From positions 166 through 64,165 of the forward strand of contig JABGRQ010000075.1 of the NCBI GenBank assembly GCA_018648225.1: a stretch of DNA of 64,000 nucleotides, read 5' to 3'. Under the pieces are notes generated by a model. The model was not told the origin of the DNA. It saw nothing but the letters and a program-made list of their open reading frames with translations, and searched no databases. Source of the DNA: Chloroflexota bacterium. GTDB taxonomy: Bacteria; Chloroflexota; Anaerolineae; Anaerolineales; UBA11858. Shown one piece after another: positions 47,616 to 57,270 of the stretch (within the stretch, counting starts at the first letter, position 1; the number at the start of each line of letters is the position of its first letter). Made by a program: the position numbers and the translations under genes.

Positions 47616-47727
47616 TTGACAATATCACCTTGCCGACAAGAAGCCCGAAATTAGGGGGTGGAAATGGCGCGCAGCGCCCCTTCCACCCCCTAATTTCGGA
47701 AACTTTTAGCGAATTTGACATTGTCAA
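47616..47727. repeat. dispersed palindromic element, copy 2 (inverted relative to copy 1)
   Basis: The reverse complement aligns with 7897-8009. Two 28-nt blocks are identical (47680-47707 and 47636-47663). Hairpin core 47645-47699. Confidence 0.8.
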
Positions 47728-47730
47728 ATT
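47712..47730. promoter_or_regulatory. perfect 9-1-9 palindrome AATTTGACA-T-TGTCAAATT upstream of the acetyl-CoA synthetase gene
   Basis: Read directly from the sequence. It overlaps the right end of element copy 2, 36 nt upstream of ATG 47766. Function unknown. Confidence 0.3.
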
Positions 47731-47765
47731 ATTCGTTGGATTGCAAGTTTGGAGGTACTGTTGTA

Positions 47766-49868
47766 ATGCTGAAACTTTTTTTTGAACCGTCGTCTGTGGC
47801 GGTGATCGGCGCCTCGCGTGACACTGAGAAGCTGGGGTATGCGGTTTTGCATAATCTGGTGGAGGGTGGCTACGCCGAGAAAGGCGCCGTGTATCCAATA
47901 AATCCGAAGGCCGATGAAATTTTGGGCCTTCAGGCATACCCCTCGGTGATGGATGTGCCCGGCCCAATTGATTTGGCCGTGATCGTGATTCCATATCCCT
48001 ATGTGCCGGATGCGTTGCGGGTGTGCGGCGAGAAGGGCATCCCGGCCGCGATTGTGATTAGCGCCGGTTTCCGCGAAGCCGGTATGGAAGGCCTGGAGCG
48101 CGAGCGTGAATTGATTGCGATTGCGACCGAATTTGGCATCCGATTGATTGGGCCGAACTGTCTGGGCGTGATTGATACAAACACACCGCTGAATGCATCC
48201 TTTTCAGCGGGAACGCCACCCAGCGGCCCGATGGCTTTTATGTCGCAGTCGGGCGCATTGGGGACGGCGATTCTCGATTGGGCGCAGGCCGGACGGCTGG
48301 GATTGGCGAAATTTGTCAGCCTGGGGAATAAGGCCGATGTCAGCGAAATTGATTTACTGGAAGCTTGGGCCGATGACCCTGCCACGAAGGTAATATTGAT
48401 CTACAGCGAAGGGCTGCCCAACGGCGAAGAATTTATCCGTGTGGCGCGTGAAGTGACGCTAAAGAAGCCCGTCGTGGCGATTAAATCGGGTGTTACACAA
48501 TCGGGTTCGCGTGCCGTCTCTTCGCATACTGGCTCGCTCGCCGGTTCCGAGCAGGCTTATCAGGCTGCCTTTCGCCAGGCTGGGGTGATCCGGGCCGAAT
48601 CGATGGAAGAACTCTTCGATATTGCGCTGGCGTTAGGCTATCAACCTGCATTACTGGGCGACCGTATTGCAATTGTCACCAATGCTGGCGGCCCTGGTAT
48701 TTTGGCAACCGATGCTCTTGAGCACGCGGGCATGTCTCTGGCGCGCTTCGAGTTGAACACCAAACTGGCGCTGGAAGAATTCTTGCCTGGCGCGGCCAGC
48801 GCTGCTAATCCCGTGGACGTTTTGGGTGATGCGCGTGCCGACCGCTATGCCTTTGCTCTTGAAAAAGTGGCGGCTGACCCCAATGTGGATGGCCTGCTGG
48901 TCGTATTAACTCCCCAGGCGATGACCGAAATTGCCGAAACCGCCAAAGCGATTGGCGAGTTGGCGCAACGCTTGGACAAGCCTGTGCTGACCTGTTTTAT
49001 GGGTGAAGCTAAAATCGCCGCCGGAATTGACATCCTCGCCACATACGGCGTTCCCAATTATCCATTTCCGGAGCGGGCAGCGAGCGCCTTTAAGGCTATG
49101 TCGCGCTACCGCCAGATCAAAACTCGCCCGGCTTCAGAATATGCCCATTTCGATGTCGATCGCCCGGCCACACATCAGCTCTTTGAGCGCGTGCGTAGTG
49201 AAAAACGCCTGTCGATTGGCGATGCTGAAGCGCGCGATATTCTGTTGGCCTACGGGCTGAAAGCCCCCGATTCCCGGCTGGCAGCCACCCCGGCTGAAGC
49301 CATTGAACTGGCGGCTGAAATCGGCTTCCCGGTGGTGCTCAAAATTGCCTCCCCCGACATTCTCCACAAAACCGATGTTGGCGGTGTAAAAGTTGGCTTG
49401 CGCAACGCCGAAGAAGTGCGCGATGCCTTCGAGTTGATGACTTATCGTGCCGAACGCTATTTGCCTGAAGCGCGCCTGTGGGGCTGTCAGGTGCAAGAGA
49501 TGGCCCCCCCCGGCGGCGTTGAAGTGCTGGTGGGTATGAACCGAGATCCGCAGTTCGGACCGCTGGTTACGTTTGGTCTGGGCGGAATCTACGTGGAAAT
49601 CCTCAAAGACGTCACTTTCCGGGTTGCGCCTTTCACCGTGCGGGATGCCGAAAATATGCTCGGCGAAATCCGTGCCCACGCTTTGCTCGATGGTGTGCGC
49701 GGCCAGCCGCCGGTGGATAAAGAAGCCATCAAAGACGCCTTGTTGCGAATCGGTCAACTTGTGACTGATTTTCCTGAAATTATCGAGCTCGATATTAACC
49801 CCCTCATTGTTTACCCCAAAGGGCAGGGGGCTATCGCCATTGATATGCGTTTGGTGTTGAAAAAGTAA
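47766..49868 (+). CDS. ADP-forming acetyl-CoA synthetase (acetate--CoA ligase, fused alpha-beta, NDP-forming acyl-CoA synthetase family)
   Basis: CoA-binding SVAVIGASRD..GY, succinyl-CoA-ligase-like SQSGALG..SSHTGSLAG and a C-terminal ATP-grasp. ATG 47766 follows GGAGG. Confidence 0.9.
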   Translation: MLKLFFEPSSVAVIGASRDTEKLGYAVLHNLVEGGYAEKGAVYPINPKADEILGLQAYPSVMDVPGPIDLAVIVIPYPYVPDALRVCGEKGIPAAIVISAGFREAGMEGLERERELIAIATEFGIRLIGPNCLGVIDTNTPLNASFSAGTPPSGPMAFMSQSGALGTAILDWAQAGRLGLAKFVSLGNKADVSEIDLLEAWADDPATKVILIYSEGLPNGEEFIRVAREVTLKKPVVAIKSGVTQSGSRAVSSHTGSLAGSEQAYQAAFRQAGVIRAESMEELFDIALALGYQPALLGDRIAIVTNAGGPGILATDALEHAGMSLARFELNTKLALEEFLPGAASAANPVDVLGDARADRYAFALEKVAADPNVDGLLVVLTPQAMTEIAETAKAIGELAQRLDKPVLTCFMGEAKIAAGIDILATYGVPNYPFPERAASAFKAMSRYRQIKTRPASEYAHFDVDRPATHQLFERVRSEKRLSIGDAEARDILLAYGLKAPDSRLAATPAEAIELAAEIGFPVVLKIASPDILHKTDVGGVKVGLRNAEEVRDAFELMTYRAERYLPEARLWGCQVQEMAPPGGVEVLVGMNRDPQFGPLVTFGLGGIYVEILKDVTFRVAPFTVRDAENMLGEIRAHALLDGVRGQPPVDKEAIKDALLRIGQLVTDFPEIIELDINPLIVYPKGQGAIAIDMRLVLKK

Positions 49869-49878
49869 GAGGAGAAAC

Positions 49879-50946
49879 ATGAAAACATTATATATAACAT
49901 CTGTTGAACGTTATTCTGGCAAAACTGCCATGTGCCTGGCGTTGGGTAAGCGATTACTGCAAGATGGTTATCAGGTTGGATATTTAAAACCGCTGAGTTT
50001 GCAACCCTGGCGAGTGGGTAATGAAATTACCGATGAAGATGCAGCCTTCGTTAAACAAGCTCTGGGGTTGGCCGTTGCCCCCGCAGATTTGTCGCCTGTG
50101 GTGGTGACATCCAAATTGCTGCGCGATTATGTTTCCGATGCAACCCCAGAAGACCTGATGCCCAAAGTTCGTGCCGCGGCCGTCAAGGCTGGCGAAGGAC
50201 AGGATGTCCTGTTACTCGAAGGTGGGGGCAGTCTGCGAGAGGGCTATGTGATGGGTTTGCCTACTCCACAAGTGGCCGCCGAATTAGGCAGTCAGGTTCT
50301 GGTGCTGGTCAAATACCGCGACGATGTGCGCCTGATGGATGACGCACTCACGGCGCGCTTCCGCCTGGGCGATTCGCTCAGCGGTATTATCATTAACCGT
50401 GTTCCTCAGGCTGCTGCCGAATTCGTTGAAGAAATTGCCCGACCCTACTTTGAGAAGCATAATATCCCCGTTTTGGGCGTACTCCCCGAAGTCAGCGCGC
50501 TGGCCTCATTGACGGTATCCGAATTGCTCGAAGTACTCGATGCGCAAGTGCTCACTGAAACCCAAAGCACCGATGCGGTCATCGAACATCTAACCGTGGG
50601 CGCCATGACCGCCGAAGCCGCGCTGAGCCGCTTCCGCAAGCAGCGCAACAAGGCCGTCATCACTGGCGGCGACCGTACCGATATTCAACTGGCCGCCCTG
50701 GAAACATCCACAACCTGTTTGGTGCTGACCGGCAACCTGCGCCCCAGTCCATTAATCATCAAACAAGCCGATCAAATGGGCGTGCCCGTGCTACTCGTCC
50801 CGGGCAATACCATGGAAACAGTTGAAGCGATTGACAAAATCTTTGGCAAAACCCGTCTGGGCCAAACCGCCAAGTTGGAGCAGTTCCAGGCTTTGTTGAA
50901 TTCGCATGTAGATTTGAAACGAATCTATGCAGGCTTGGGCTTGTAA
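49879..50946 (+). CDS. stand-alone phosphotransacetylase N-terminal-like protein (BioD-like P-loop + DRTGG domain)
   Basis: MKTLYITSVERYSGKTAMCLALG and ..VITGGDRTDIQLAAL..LVLTGN.. parallel the regulatory N-terminal half of E. coli Pta. No PTA_PTB catalytic domain is present. Confidence 0.75.
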   Translation: MKTLYITSVERYSGKTAMCLALGKRLLQDGYQVGYLKPLSLQPWRVGNEITDEDAAFVKQALGLAVAPADLSPVVVTSKLLRDYVSDATPEDLMPKVRAAAVKAGEGQDVLLLEGGGSLREGYVMGLPTPQVAAELGSQVLVLVKYRDDVRLMDDALTARFRLGDSLSGIIINRVPQAAAEFVEEIARPYFEKHNIPVLGVLPEVSALASLTVSELLEVLDAQVLTETQSTDAVIEHLTVGAMTAEAALSRFRKQRNKAVITGGDRTDIQLAALETSTTCLVLTGNLRPSPLIIKQADQMGVPVLLVPGNTMETVEAIDKIFGKTRLGQTAKLEQFQALLNSHVDLKRIYAGLGL

Positions 50947-51130
50947 TTCGGTCACAAGTTGGCAAGTTGAAGGTTAAAAAAATCGGCCTCGCTGGCTGTG
51001 AGTTTTGGCTGGCGGGGCCTTTTTGTTGCATTGAGCCAGAGAGATTTCAGTGAAAGCCGATGAATATGCTGTGAACTCTGTGGTAATGTGCAGTACAATT
51101 ACCGCTAACCACTAACTGTTGGAGGCTCCT

Positions 51131-51637
51131 ATGTCTGATAGATTTAAAATCGTGCTGGCATTATTTTTTTTCATTGCCGCGCTCACCTTTCCCCTGGTTG
51201 GCCTGGCCTATGGCTGGTGGCGCTGGGATGCCCAGGCCGGTTTCCTGTTGCTGATCGGGATCTTCGCCGCGTTTTTCGCAATTGGCATCTTGTCGCTGTG
51301 GACGGTGCGCGATCTCTCCTGGTTGACAACCAGTTTGCCGTTTCTGTTTGGCAGCTTGTACACCATTATTCCGGATATGCCCCTGCAGGTGGATGACGCC
51401 GCAGCCACGGCGGCTGGCGCGCTATTCTCTTATGCGCTGGCTTTGCGCAAGAATGCCGAGACGCCCAAATGGATTCTCATTCCGCTATTGCTCGCCGCCC
51501 TGTATACGCTGTTCGGCGGGCCAATCCCTGGCCCGATGGATGAAATCGGCGTGGATATGATCGCCCTGCTAATTTCATGGTTTGGCGCGCGGGCGGGTGA
51601 GCGCCGAGCCGCAGATGGAGAAGGAAAGATTTTATGA
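51131..51637 (+). CDS. small membrane protein, unknown function
   Basis: Hydrophobic 168-aa ORF. ATG 51131 follows GGAGG. ATGA overlap with the downstream kinase gene. LYTIIPDMPLQVDD is weakly DUF1232-like. Confidence 0.5.
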   Translation: MSDRFKIVLALFFFIAALTFPLVGLAYGWWRWDAQAGFLLLIGIFAAFFAIGILSLWTVRDLSWLTTSLPFLFGSLYTIIPDMPLQVDDAAATAAGALFSYALALRKNAETPKWILIPLLLAALYTLFGGPIPGPMDEIGVDMIALLISWFGARAGERRAADGEGKIL

Positions 51638-53319
51638 TACGCTCACGCTATCGTCGAATTACACTTTATTTTGCCCGCGTCATCACCAGTATTTTCTGGT
51701 GGGATATTCTTCTCTTTAACCTGGGTTTCAAGCGCTGGGCGCGTCGCACGCGTCACGAACGTTTGCGCCGCAGCGCTGTCTCGTATCGTAAATTAGCCAT
51801 CGAAATGGGCGGCGTGTTGATTAAAGCGGGTCAATTTCTTTCGGCGCGCGTGGATGTGTTGCCCGAAGTGGTTACTAACGAGTTGGCCGGGCTGCAAGAT
51901 GAAGTCCCGCCGGAAGATTTCGACGAGATCCGCCGCTTGGCTGAAGCCGAGTTGGGCGGCCCGTTGAGTCAGTATTTTGAATTCTTTGAAACGGAGCCGA
52001 TGGCGGCGGCTTCTTTGGGGCAAGTCCACCGTGCCTTTTTGAAGACCAACCCGGAGCCGGAGGTTGATTCAGCCAACCCTGCGGGTGAACCAACCTTCGA
52101 GGGCAGAGTTGTCGTCAAGATTCAACGCCCTCGCATCGAACAAATCATCCAAACCGATATCGCCGCTTTGCGTACTGTGGGGCGCTGGATTCGGCGCTAT
52201 AAACCGATCCGCCGTCGCGCGAATGTGCCCGCCTTGCTGGGGGAGTTTGAGCGCATTCTCTACGAGGAGATTGATTATCTCGCCGAAGGGCGCAATGCCG
52301 AGACGTTTGGGGTCAATTTTGCCAATCGGCCGGATGTGTGTGTCCCGCGGGTTTTCTGGCCACAAACTACGCGCCGCGTGCTGACGCTGGAGGATGTCTT
52401 CGCGATTAAGATCACCGATTATGATGCAATTACTGCTGCGGGGGTGGCGCGTGGCGAAGTGGCGCGGCGGCTTTTTGATGTGTATATGGAGCAGATTTTT
52501 AAGCACGAAATTTTTCATGCTGATCCGCACCCGGGGAATTTATTTGTTTGCCCTGCCGAAGATGGAAATTGGCAACTGACTTTTGTGGATTTTGGCATGG
52601 TGGGGCGTGTGCCACTCAATATGCGCGCCGGATTGCGTGAGGGCGTGATCGGCGCCGGTACGCAGGATACGGCGCGGCTGCTCAAGGCCTATCAACTCTT
52701 GGGCGTGCTGCTACCTCAGGCCGATACGAGCTTGATCGAAAAAGCCGATCAGGTTCTATTTGAGCGCTTTGGGGGTAAAAATATGGGCGAGTTGGCACAG
52801 ATTGATCATGCCGAAATCCGCGAGCTTGCGGATGAGTTTCGGGAACTTATATACGATATGCCCTTCCAGTTGCCCGAAGATTTGATTCTGCTGGGGCGCT
52901 GCGTGGCGATACTTTCGGGGATGTGTACCGGCCTGGAACCGGATTTCAATGTATGGGACGCGATTGCCCCGGTGACCAAAGAGTTGATTGCTGAAGAGAC
53001 GATCGGCGGCTGGGAGTTTTGGCGTGATGAGGCCGTGGATTTGCTAAAAACCGGGTTGGTGCTGCCAAAACGCCTGGAGCGCACGCTGGCGCTGATCGAG
53101 AAGGGCCAGATGCAGGTGCGCGTGCCAGAATTGAGTGACCATTTTCGGCGGCTGGAAGCAGGATTGGCGCGCCTGATGGCCGCGCTGGTCTTCTCGGTGC
53201 TACTTATGGGGGGGATTCAGATGTATTTAGCGGGGGAAGTGATGCTGGGGAGAGGATTGCTGGCCGGCGCGCTGATGGCGCTTTTGTGGGCGGTTTTGCG
53301 CCGGTCGCGGCGGCGATAG
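51634..53319 (+). CDS. ABC1/UbiB family atypical kinase
   Basis: AASLGQVHRA, IDYLAEGRNAE, FHADPHPGNLF and C-terminal TM helices. Confidence 0.9.
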   Translation: MIRSRYRRITLYFARVITSIFWWDILLFNLGFKRWARRTRHERLRRSAVSYRKLAIEMGGVLIKAGQFLSARVDVLPEVVTNELAGLQDEVPPEDFDEIRRLAEAELGGPLSQYFEFFETEPMAAASLGQVHRAFLKTNPEPEVDSANPAGEPTFEGRVVVKIQRPRIEQIIQTDIAALRTVGRWIRRYKPIRRRANVPALLGEFERILYEEIDYLAEGRNAETFGVNFANRPDVCVPRVFWPQTTRRVLTLEDVFAIKITDYDAITAAGVARGEVARRLFDVYMEQIFKHEIFHADPHPGNLFVCPAEDGNWQLTFVDFGMVGRVPLNMRAGLREGVIGAGTQDTARLLKAYQLLGVLLPQADTSLIEKADQVLFERFGGKNMGELAQIDHAEIRELADEFRELIYDMPFQLPEDLILLGRCVAILSGMCTGLEPDFNVWDAIAPVTKELIAEETIGGWEFWRDEAVDLLKTGLVLPKRLERTLALIEKGQMQVRVPELSDHFRRLEAGLARLMAALVFSVLLMGGIQMYLAGEVMLGRGLLAGALMALLWAVLRRSRRR

Positions 53320-53428
53320 AGAAAATACCTCCGAGATTTTATTAAACATTGCTGTAAATCGAGTTGGTTTGCAAAGCAATCCGGCGTACAGTGCGAGTTT
53401 TGGTAAAAATCTCAGAGGTCTGTGGTAA

Positions 53429-53635
53429 TTAACCTTCGATATGTTCAATGGCGGCGTCAATCATGCCGCGGGCGGCCATCAGCATTTCACGGCGGGCCGT
53501 TTGGCGGTGCTCCAAAAATTCGGGGGGCAGCAGCGCCCTGACGCTTTTGCGCATTTCTTTACGCGCTTTTTTGAGATGCTTGCGGGTATCTTCGGATAAA
53601 TATTCCTTGCAGTGGGGTAATTTTTTCTCAGCCAC
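53429..53635 (-). CDS. small basic helical protein, unknown function
   Basis: 68-aa ORF with a GTG start 5 nt after AAGGAG. No recognisable motif. Confidence 0.5.
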   Translation of the reverse strand: MAEKKLPHCKEYLSEDTRKHLKKARKEMRKSVRALLPPEFLEHRQTARREMLMAARGMIDAAIEHIEG

Positions 53636-53765
53636 GGGGTCTCCTTAAGCGCTATGAGATTTCAAAAAACCTCAGAAGCTATCTATTTCGAGTGCTGACT
53701 TCATTATTGCACGGGAGTCGGGTAGCGTCAAGTGCGGCCACCTGTCTTCCGTCGTCCATCTGCTG

Positions 53766-55091
53766 TCACTCCCCAAAAACAACATCCGTGGGCATCCCTG
53801 GCTTAAGCTTGCCGTCAGGGTCATCCACCTGCAACTCCACGGCGTATACAGTAGTTTGACGCTCTTCCTGAGTCTGGACGTTGCGCGGGGTGTATTCGGC
53901 GCGGTTAGCGATGCGTGTGACTACAGCTTCGAAGGTTTTCAACGGGAAGGAATCGACCTTGAGTTTGGCTGTGTCACCGAGGCTGATCTGCCCGTATTGA
54001 TTTTCGGGAATATAAACCGTCACGGTTAGGCGCTCAATCTGGCTGATTGTCATGGCGGCCAGTCCGGGCTGGATCGCCTCGCCGGTTTCCAGGTTGCGCA
54101 CAGTGACAACGCCGCCAATTGGCGTGTTGACGATAAGTTTGTCCACCTGAGCCTGGATCGCATCCAGGCTGGCTGCGGCAGCATCCACTTGCGCCTGGGC
54201 CACGGCTAATTGCTCTGGGGTGGGAAATTCTTCGCCAGCCAGCGCCACCTGCGCCTCTGCCAGCGCCACCTGTGCTTCGGCGAGGGCAACGTCATCGGGG
54301 TCGGGGCCGTTGAGCAGGGTATCGTAATCTTTTTGCGCTTGAGCCAGCAGTGCCTGCGCCATACTTAAATCGGCTTCGGCTCTGGCAATATCGATCTCGT
54401 CGCCCGTGCCAGTAAGACTGTTGTACAGGCGCACCGTGGCGTCGTAATCTTTCTGCGCCTGCGCCATCACGCTCAGGTAGGCTGCGCGCGCCAAATTATC
54501 TTCGGGCTTGTCAGCGTAATCTTCGAAATCGTCTGTAGCGTCATCGAGTTTGTCTTTTGCCAAAATCATATTGGCGAAAGCCTGGTCAATATCGGGTTGA
54601 CCTGCGGAACGCGAGAGACTGTTGACGCGCCGCTCGGCATCCTGGATGGCTTTCGTAGCCTCGGCGATTGCCTGTTCAGCCTGTGCCAAAGCGATAGCGT
54701 TGTTGTCGTAGAGTTCATCCAACGCCTGACGAGCAGTGAGCAATTCTAGTTGCGCGGCAGCAAGTGCAGCCTGTTTTTGCGCCGCGGTCTGCCCGGCGGC
54801 AACTAAATTGTAACTTGCCTGGGCGACGGCCAAGGCCGTTTCAGCCTGCTTGAATTGCGATTCTAGTAGTTCGTCTTCCAGCCGAAAAAGCGCATCGCCG
54901 GGTACAACGCTCTGGCCTTTGGCGACAAAAACCTCAGCCACGCGCCCGCCTGCCTCAGCCGAGATGACTACTTCCACGGCTTCAATTGACCCCGATGCCT
55001 GAATACCGCTCTCTTCTGTAGCTTGAAGCGTGCAGGCCGAGAGTGCAAATACGCAAATGAGCAAGAATATTGAAAAATAATGTTTTTTCAT
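53766..55091 (-). CDS. HlyD-family periplasmic adaptor (membrane fusion protein), lipoprotein
   Basis: Signal plus ALSAC lipobox, barrel-sandwich (GQSVVPGDALFRLED), a long coiled-coil hairpin and a C-terminal beta-barrel (KPGMPTDV). Confidence 0.85.
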   Translation of the reverse strand: MKKHYFSIFLLICVFALSACTLQATEESGIQASGSIEAVEVVISAEAGGRVAEVFVAKGQSVVPGDALFRLEDELLESQFKQAETALAVAQASYNLVAAGQTAAQKQAALAAAQLELLTARQALDELYDNNAIALAQAEQAIAEATKAIQDAERRVNSLSRSAGQPDIDQAFANMILAKDKLDDATDDFEDYADKPEDNLARAAYLSVMAQAQKDYDATVRLYNSLTGTGDEIDIARAEADLSMAQALLAQAQKDYDTLLNGPDPDDVALAEAQVALAEAQVALAGEEFPTPEQLAVAQAQVDAAAASLDAIQAQVDKLIVNTPIGGVVTVRNLETGEAIQPGLAAMTISQIERLTVTVYIPENQYGQISLGDTAKLKVDSFPLKTFEAVVTRIANRAEYTPRNVQTQEERQTTVYAVELQVDDPDGKLKPGMPTDVVFGE

Positions 55092-55150
55092 GGGTTTACT
55101 CCATTCTCGCCACAGTTGTTTTTTCTGTGTTCTCTGTGGCTTGTATCGGA

Positions 55151-56116
55151 TTAACGCATACAGGCGATGAAGACATCTTCCAGTGATGGTTCGATTATTT
55201 CCATTTGTTCGATATGGATGCTCGCCTGACGTAGCTCGGTGGTGATTCGGCTTTGAAGGTGTTCCACGCCCGGAGCGACGACATGCACCAGCGCGCCGTA
55301 TAGTTCAACTTCATCGAGGGGTAGTTGGCCTGAATTGCGGGCATCGCGCAAGACTTTAACAGCAGTTACAGCATTTGATGGGGCGATTTCGAGTACCTGC
55401 CCATTCATCTTCTGGTGTTTGATGTCTTTAGGAGAGCCATAGGCAATCATCTCACCGCGTTGGATAAAAGCCAGCCGGTGACAGTGTTCGGCCTCATCCA
55501 TATAGTGTGTGGTGACAAAAACCGTAACGCCCCTCTGGGCTTCCTCATTCGTTGGGGTTGTGACAAGCTTGTAGAGTAAATCCCAGAAAGCGCGCCGCGA
55601 GATCGGGTCTACCCCGGCGGTGGGTTCGTCTAAAAAAAGTACTTCCGGGCGATGCAAAATCGCCGCACTGAGCGCCAACCGCTGCCGCCAGCCGCCAGAA
55701 AGGTCTTTGGTTTTGGCGTGTTCACGGCCTTCCAGCCCGGCCATCGCCAGGGCTTCCTGGATTCGCTCCGGGAGCAGATTCTCGTTCAGGCCGTAGGCAG
55801 CACCATAAAATTTCAGGTTTTGAATCACCGTCAGATCATTGTACAAACTAAACCGCTGGGACATATATCCCACCCTCGGCCGGATGCGGGCTGCCTCACC
55901 GTGGGCATCCAGCCCCAAGACAGAAATTGATCCCGCGCTGGGTTGCAGTAATCCCAGCATCATGCGGATTGTTGTCGTTTTGCCGGAACCGTTGGGGCCC
56001 AAGAAGCCGAATATTTCTCCGCGATAAACATCGAAATCAATTCCGTTGACGGCAGTGAAATCGCCAAAATATTTGGTCAGCCCGCGGGCAGTAACGGCAG
56101 GGATTTTGTTGTTCAT
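55151..56116 (-). CDS. ABC transporter ATP-binding protein
   Basis: Walker A GPNGSGKTT, signature LSGGWRQRL and Walker B LFLDEPT. Start at ATG 56116; the track ORF extends to 56344, into the upstream permease gene. Confidence 0.9.
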   Translation of the reverse strand: MNNKIPAVTARGLTKYFGDFTAVNGIDFDVYRGEIFGFLGPNGSGKTTTIRMMLGLLQPSAGSISVLGLDAHGEAARIRPRVGYMSQRFSLYNDLTVIQNLKFYGAAYGLNENLLPERIQEALAMAGLEGREHAKTKDLSGGWRQRLALSAAILHRPEVLFLDEPTAGVDPISRRAFWDLLYKLVTTPTNEEAQRGVTVFVTTHYMDEAEHCHRLAFIQRGEMIAYGSPKDIKHQKMNGQVLEIAPSNAVTAVKVLRDARNSGQLPLDEVELYGALVHVVAPGVEHLQSRITTELRQASIHIEQMEIIEPSLEDVFIACMR

Positions 56117-56138
56117 AATTGCAACTTTGCGTTGAGTT

Positions 56139-57263
56139 TTAGTCCAATGCCCGGCGGACGTAACGCAGGGAGAAGCCGCCGATGATTGTGCCAAGAATTG
56201 CGAGCGCCAGTACATGCGGCCAGAGTACATCCAGCCCCGAACCTTTGAGCAAAATGCCGCGTAAAATCTCCAGCCAATGATGCGCCGGGACGAGATTGGC
56301 GAAAAGTTGGGCTGCTTTCGGCATACCCTCCACCGGGGCGGCATAACCGGTAAACATGAAGTCGGTCATTCCAAGCAGCATCACCAGCAAAAAGGCCTGA
56401 TGCTGGGTGTGTGACATCACCGAGACGATCATGCCCTTACTGAGTTCAACCATCAAATAGCCGAAAGCCAGAATCAGCAGCAGGGGTAGCGAGCCTCGAA
56501 TGGGGACATCAAAAGCGAAATGTACCATCGTGAGCATGAGCACAAAATCGAAAAATCCGACAAGGATAACGGGAATTGCCTTGCCGATGATGATCTCCAG
56601 CGAGGAGAAAGGCATTACCAATAGCTGCTCCAATGTGCCGAGTTCGCGCTCGCGCGAGAACGAAAGCGCCGCAAAGAGCAGCACGGTGAATTCGAGCATC
56701 AAGCCGAGTTCGGCAGGAGTGGTGTAGAGGGCTTCGCTGAGGGCTTCGTTGAACCACACCCGCAAACTGAAATCAAACCCGGCGAAGGTGCCAGGGTCCA
56801 ACCCCAGGCGCTCGATGGTAATTTGTTCGCCAAGCTGACGCGTGACTCCCTCAATGGCGCGCAGCGCTTCACGAGCGGGGATGCTCTCGGCGCCGTTGAG
56901 AATCACTGCCAGACTGGGCTGTCCGTTGTTGCTGGCAACTTCGTCCGCATAGTCTGGCGGAATGATGATCGCAGCCGTGATATTGCCGCGGTCGAGGGCG
57001 TATTCAATGGCATCCATGCCCTCCACTTGATCTTCCAGGACGAAGGTGCCGGTATTCTCCAGCGCGATAACAATTAGTCGGCTGGCGGGGCTTTTGTCCT
57101 GATCCCACACCATCAGCGGCAAATTGCTCATCGGACGCGAAGTAGCCCACCCCACGAGCAGTAATTCCAGCGCGCCGCCGAAGAGCATGAAGGCCGGCAT
57201 CCACCAATCATTGCGCAGGTGTATAAATTCTTTGACTATTAGCGAATAGATGCGTCTGATCAT
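56139..57263 (-). CDS. ABC-2 type transporter permease (YbhS/YbhR-like)
   Basis: N-terminal TM helix, large extracytoplasmic loop and a C-terminal 5-TM ABC-2 core. Confidence 0.85.
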   Translation of the reverse strand: MIRRIYSLIVKEFIHLRNDWWMPAFMLFGGALELLLVGWATSRPMSNLPLMVWDQDKSPASRLIVIALENTGTFVLEDQVEGMDAIEYALDRGNITAAIIIPPDYADEVASNNGQPSLAVILNGAESIPAREALRAIEGVTRQLGEQITIERLGLDPGTFAGFDFSLRVWFNEALSEALYTTPAELGLMLEFTVLLFAALSFSRERELGTLEQLLVMPFSSLEIIIGKAIPVILVGFFDFVLMLTMVHFAFDVPIRGSLPLLLILAFGYLMVELSKGMIVSVMSHTQHQAFLLVMLLGMTDFMFTGYAAPVEGMPKAAQLFANLVPAHHWLEILRGILLKGSGLDVLWPHVLALAILGTIIGGFSLRYVRRALD

Positions 57264-57270
57264 GATGTGT

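Noticed and set aside
49134-49880. Long antisense ORFs opposite well-supported genes. Examples: 248 aa opposite the acetyl-CoA synthetase, 16882..17415 opposite pdhB, 23607..24152 opposite tgt, 22184..22756 opposite uppP, and 41474..41836 opposite recJ.
   Set aside because: The products are low-complexity, Arg/Gly/His-rich and have no motifs. The opposite strand carries unambiguous family signatures over the full length. This is typical shadow-ORF behaviour at this GC content.
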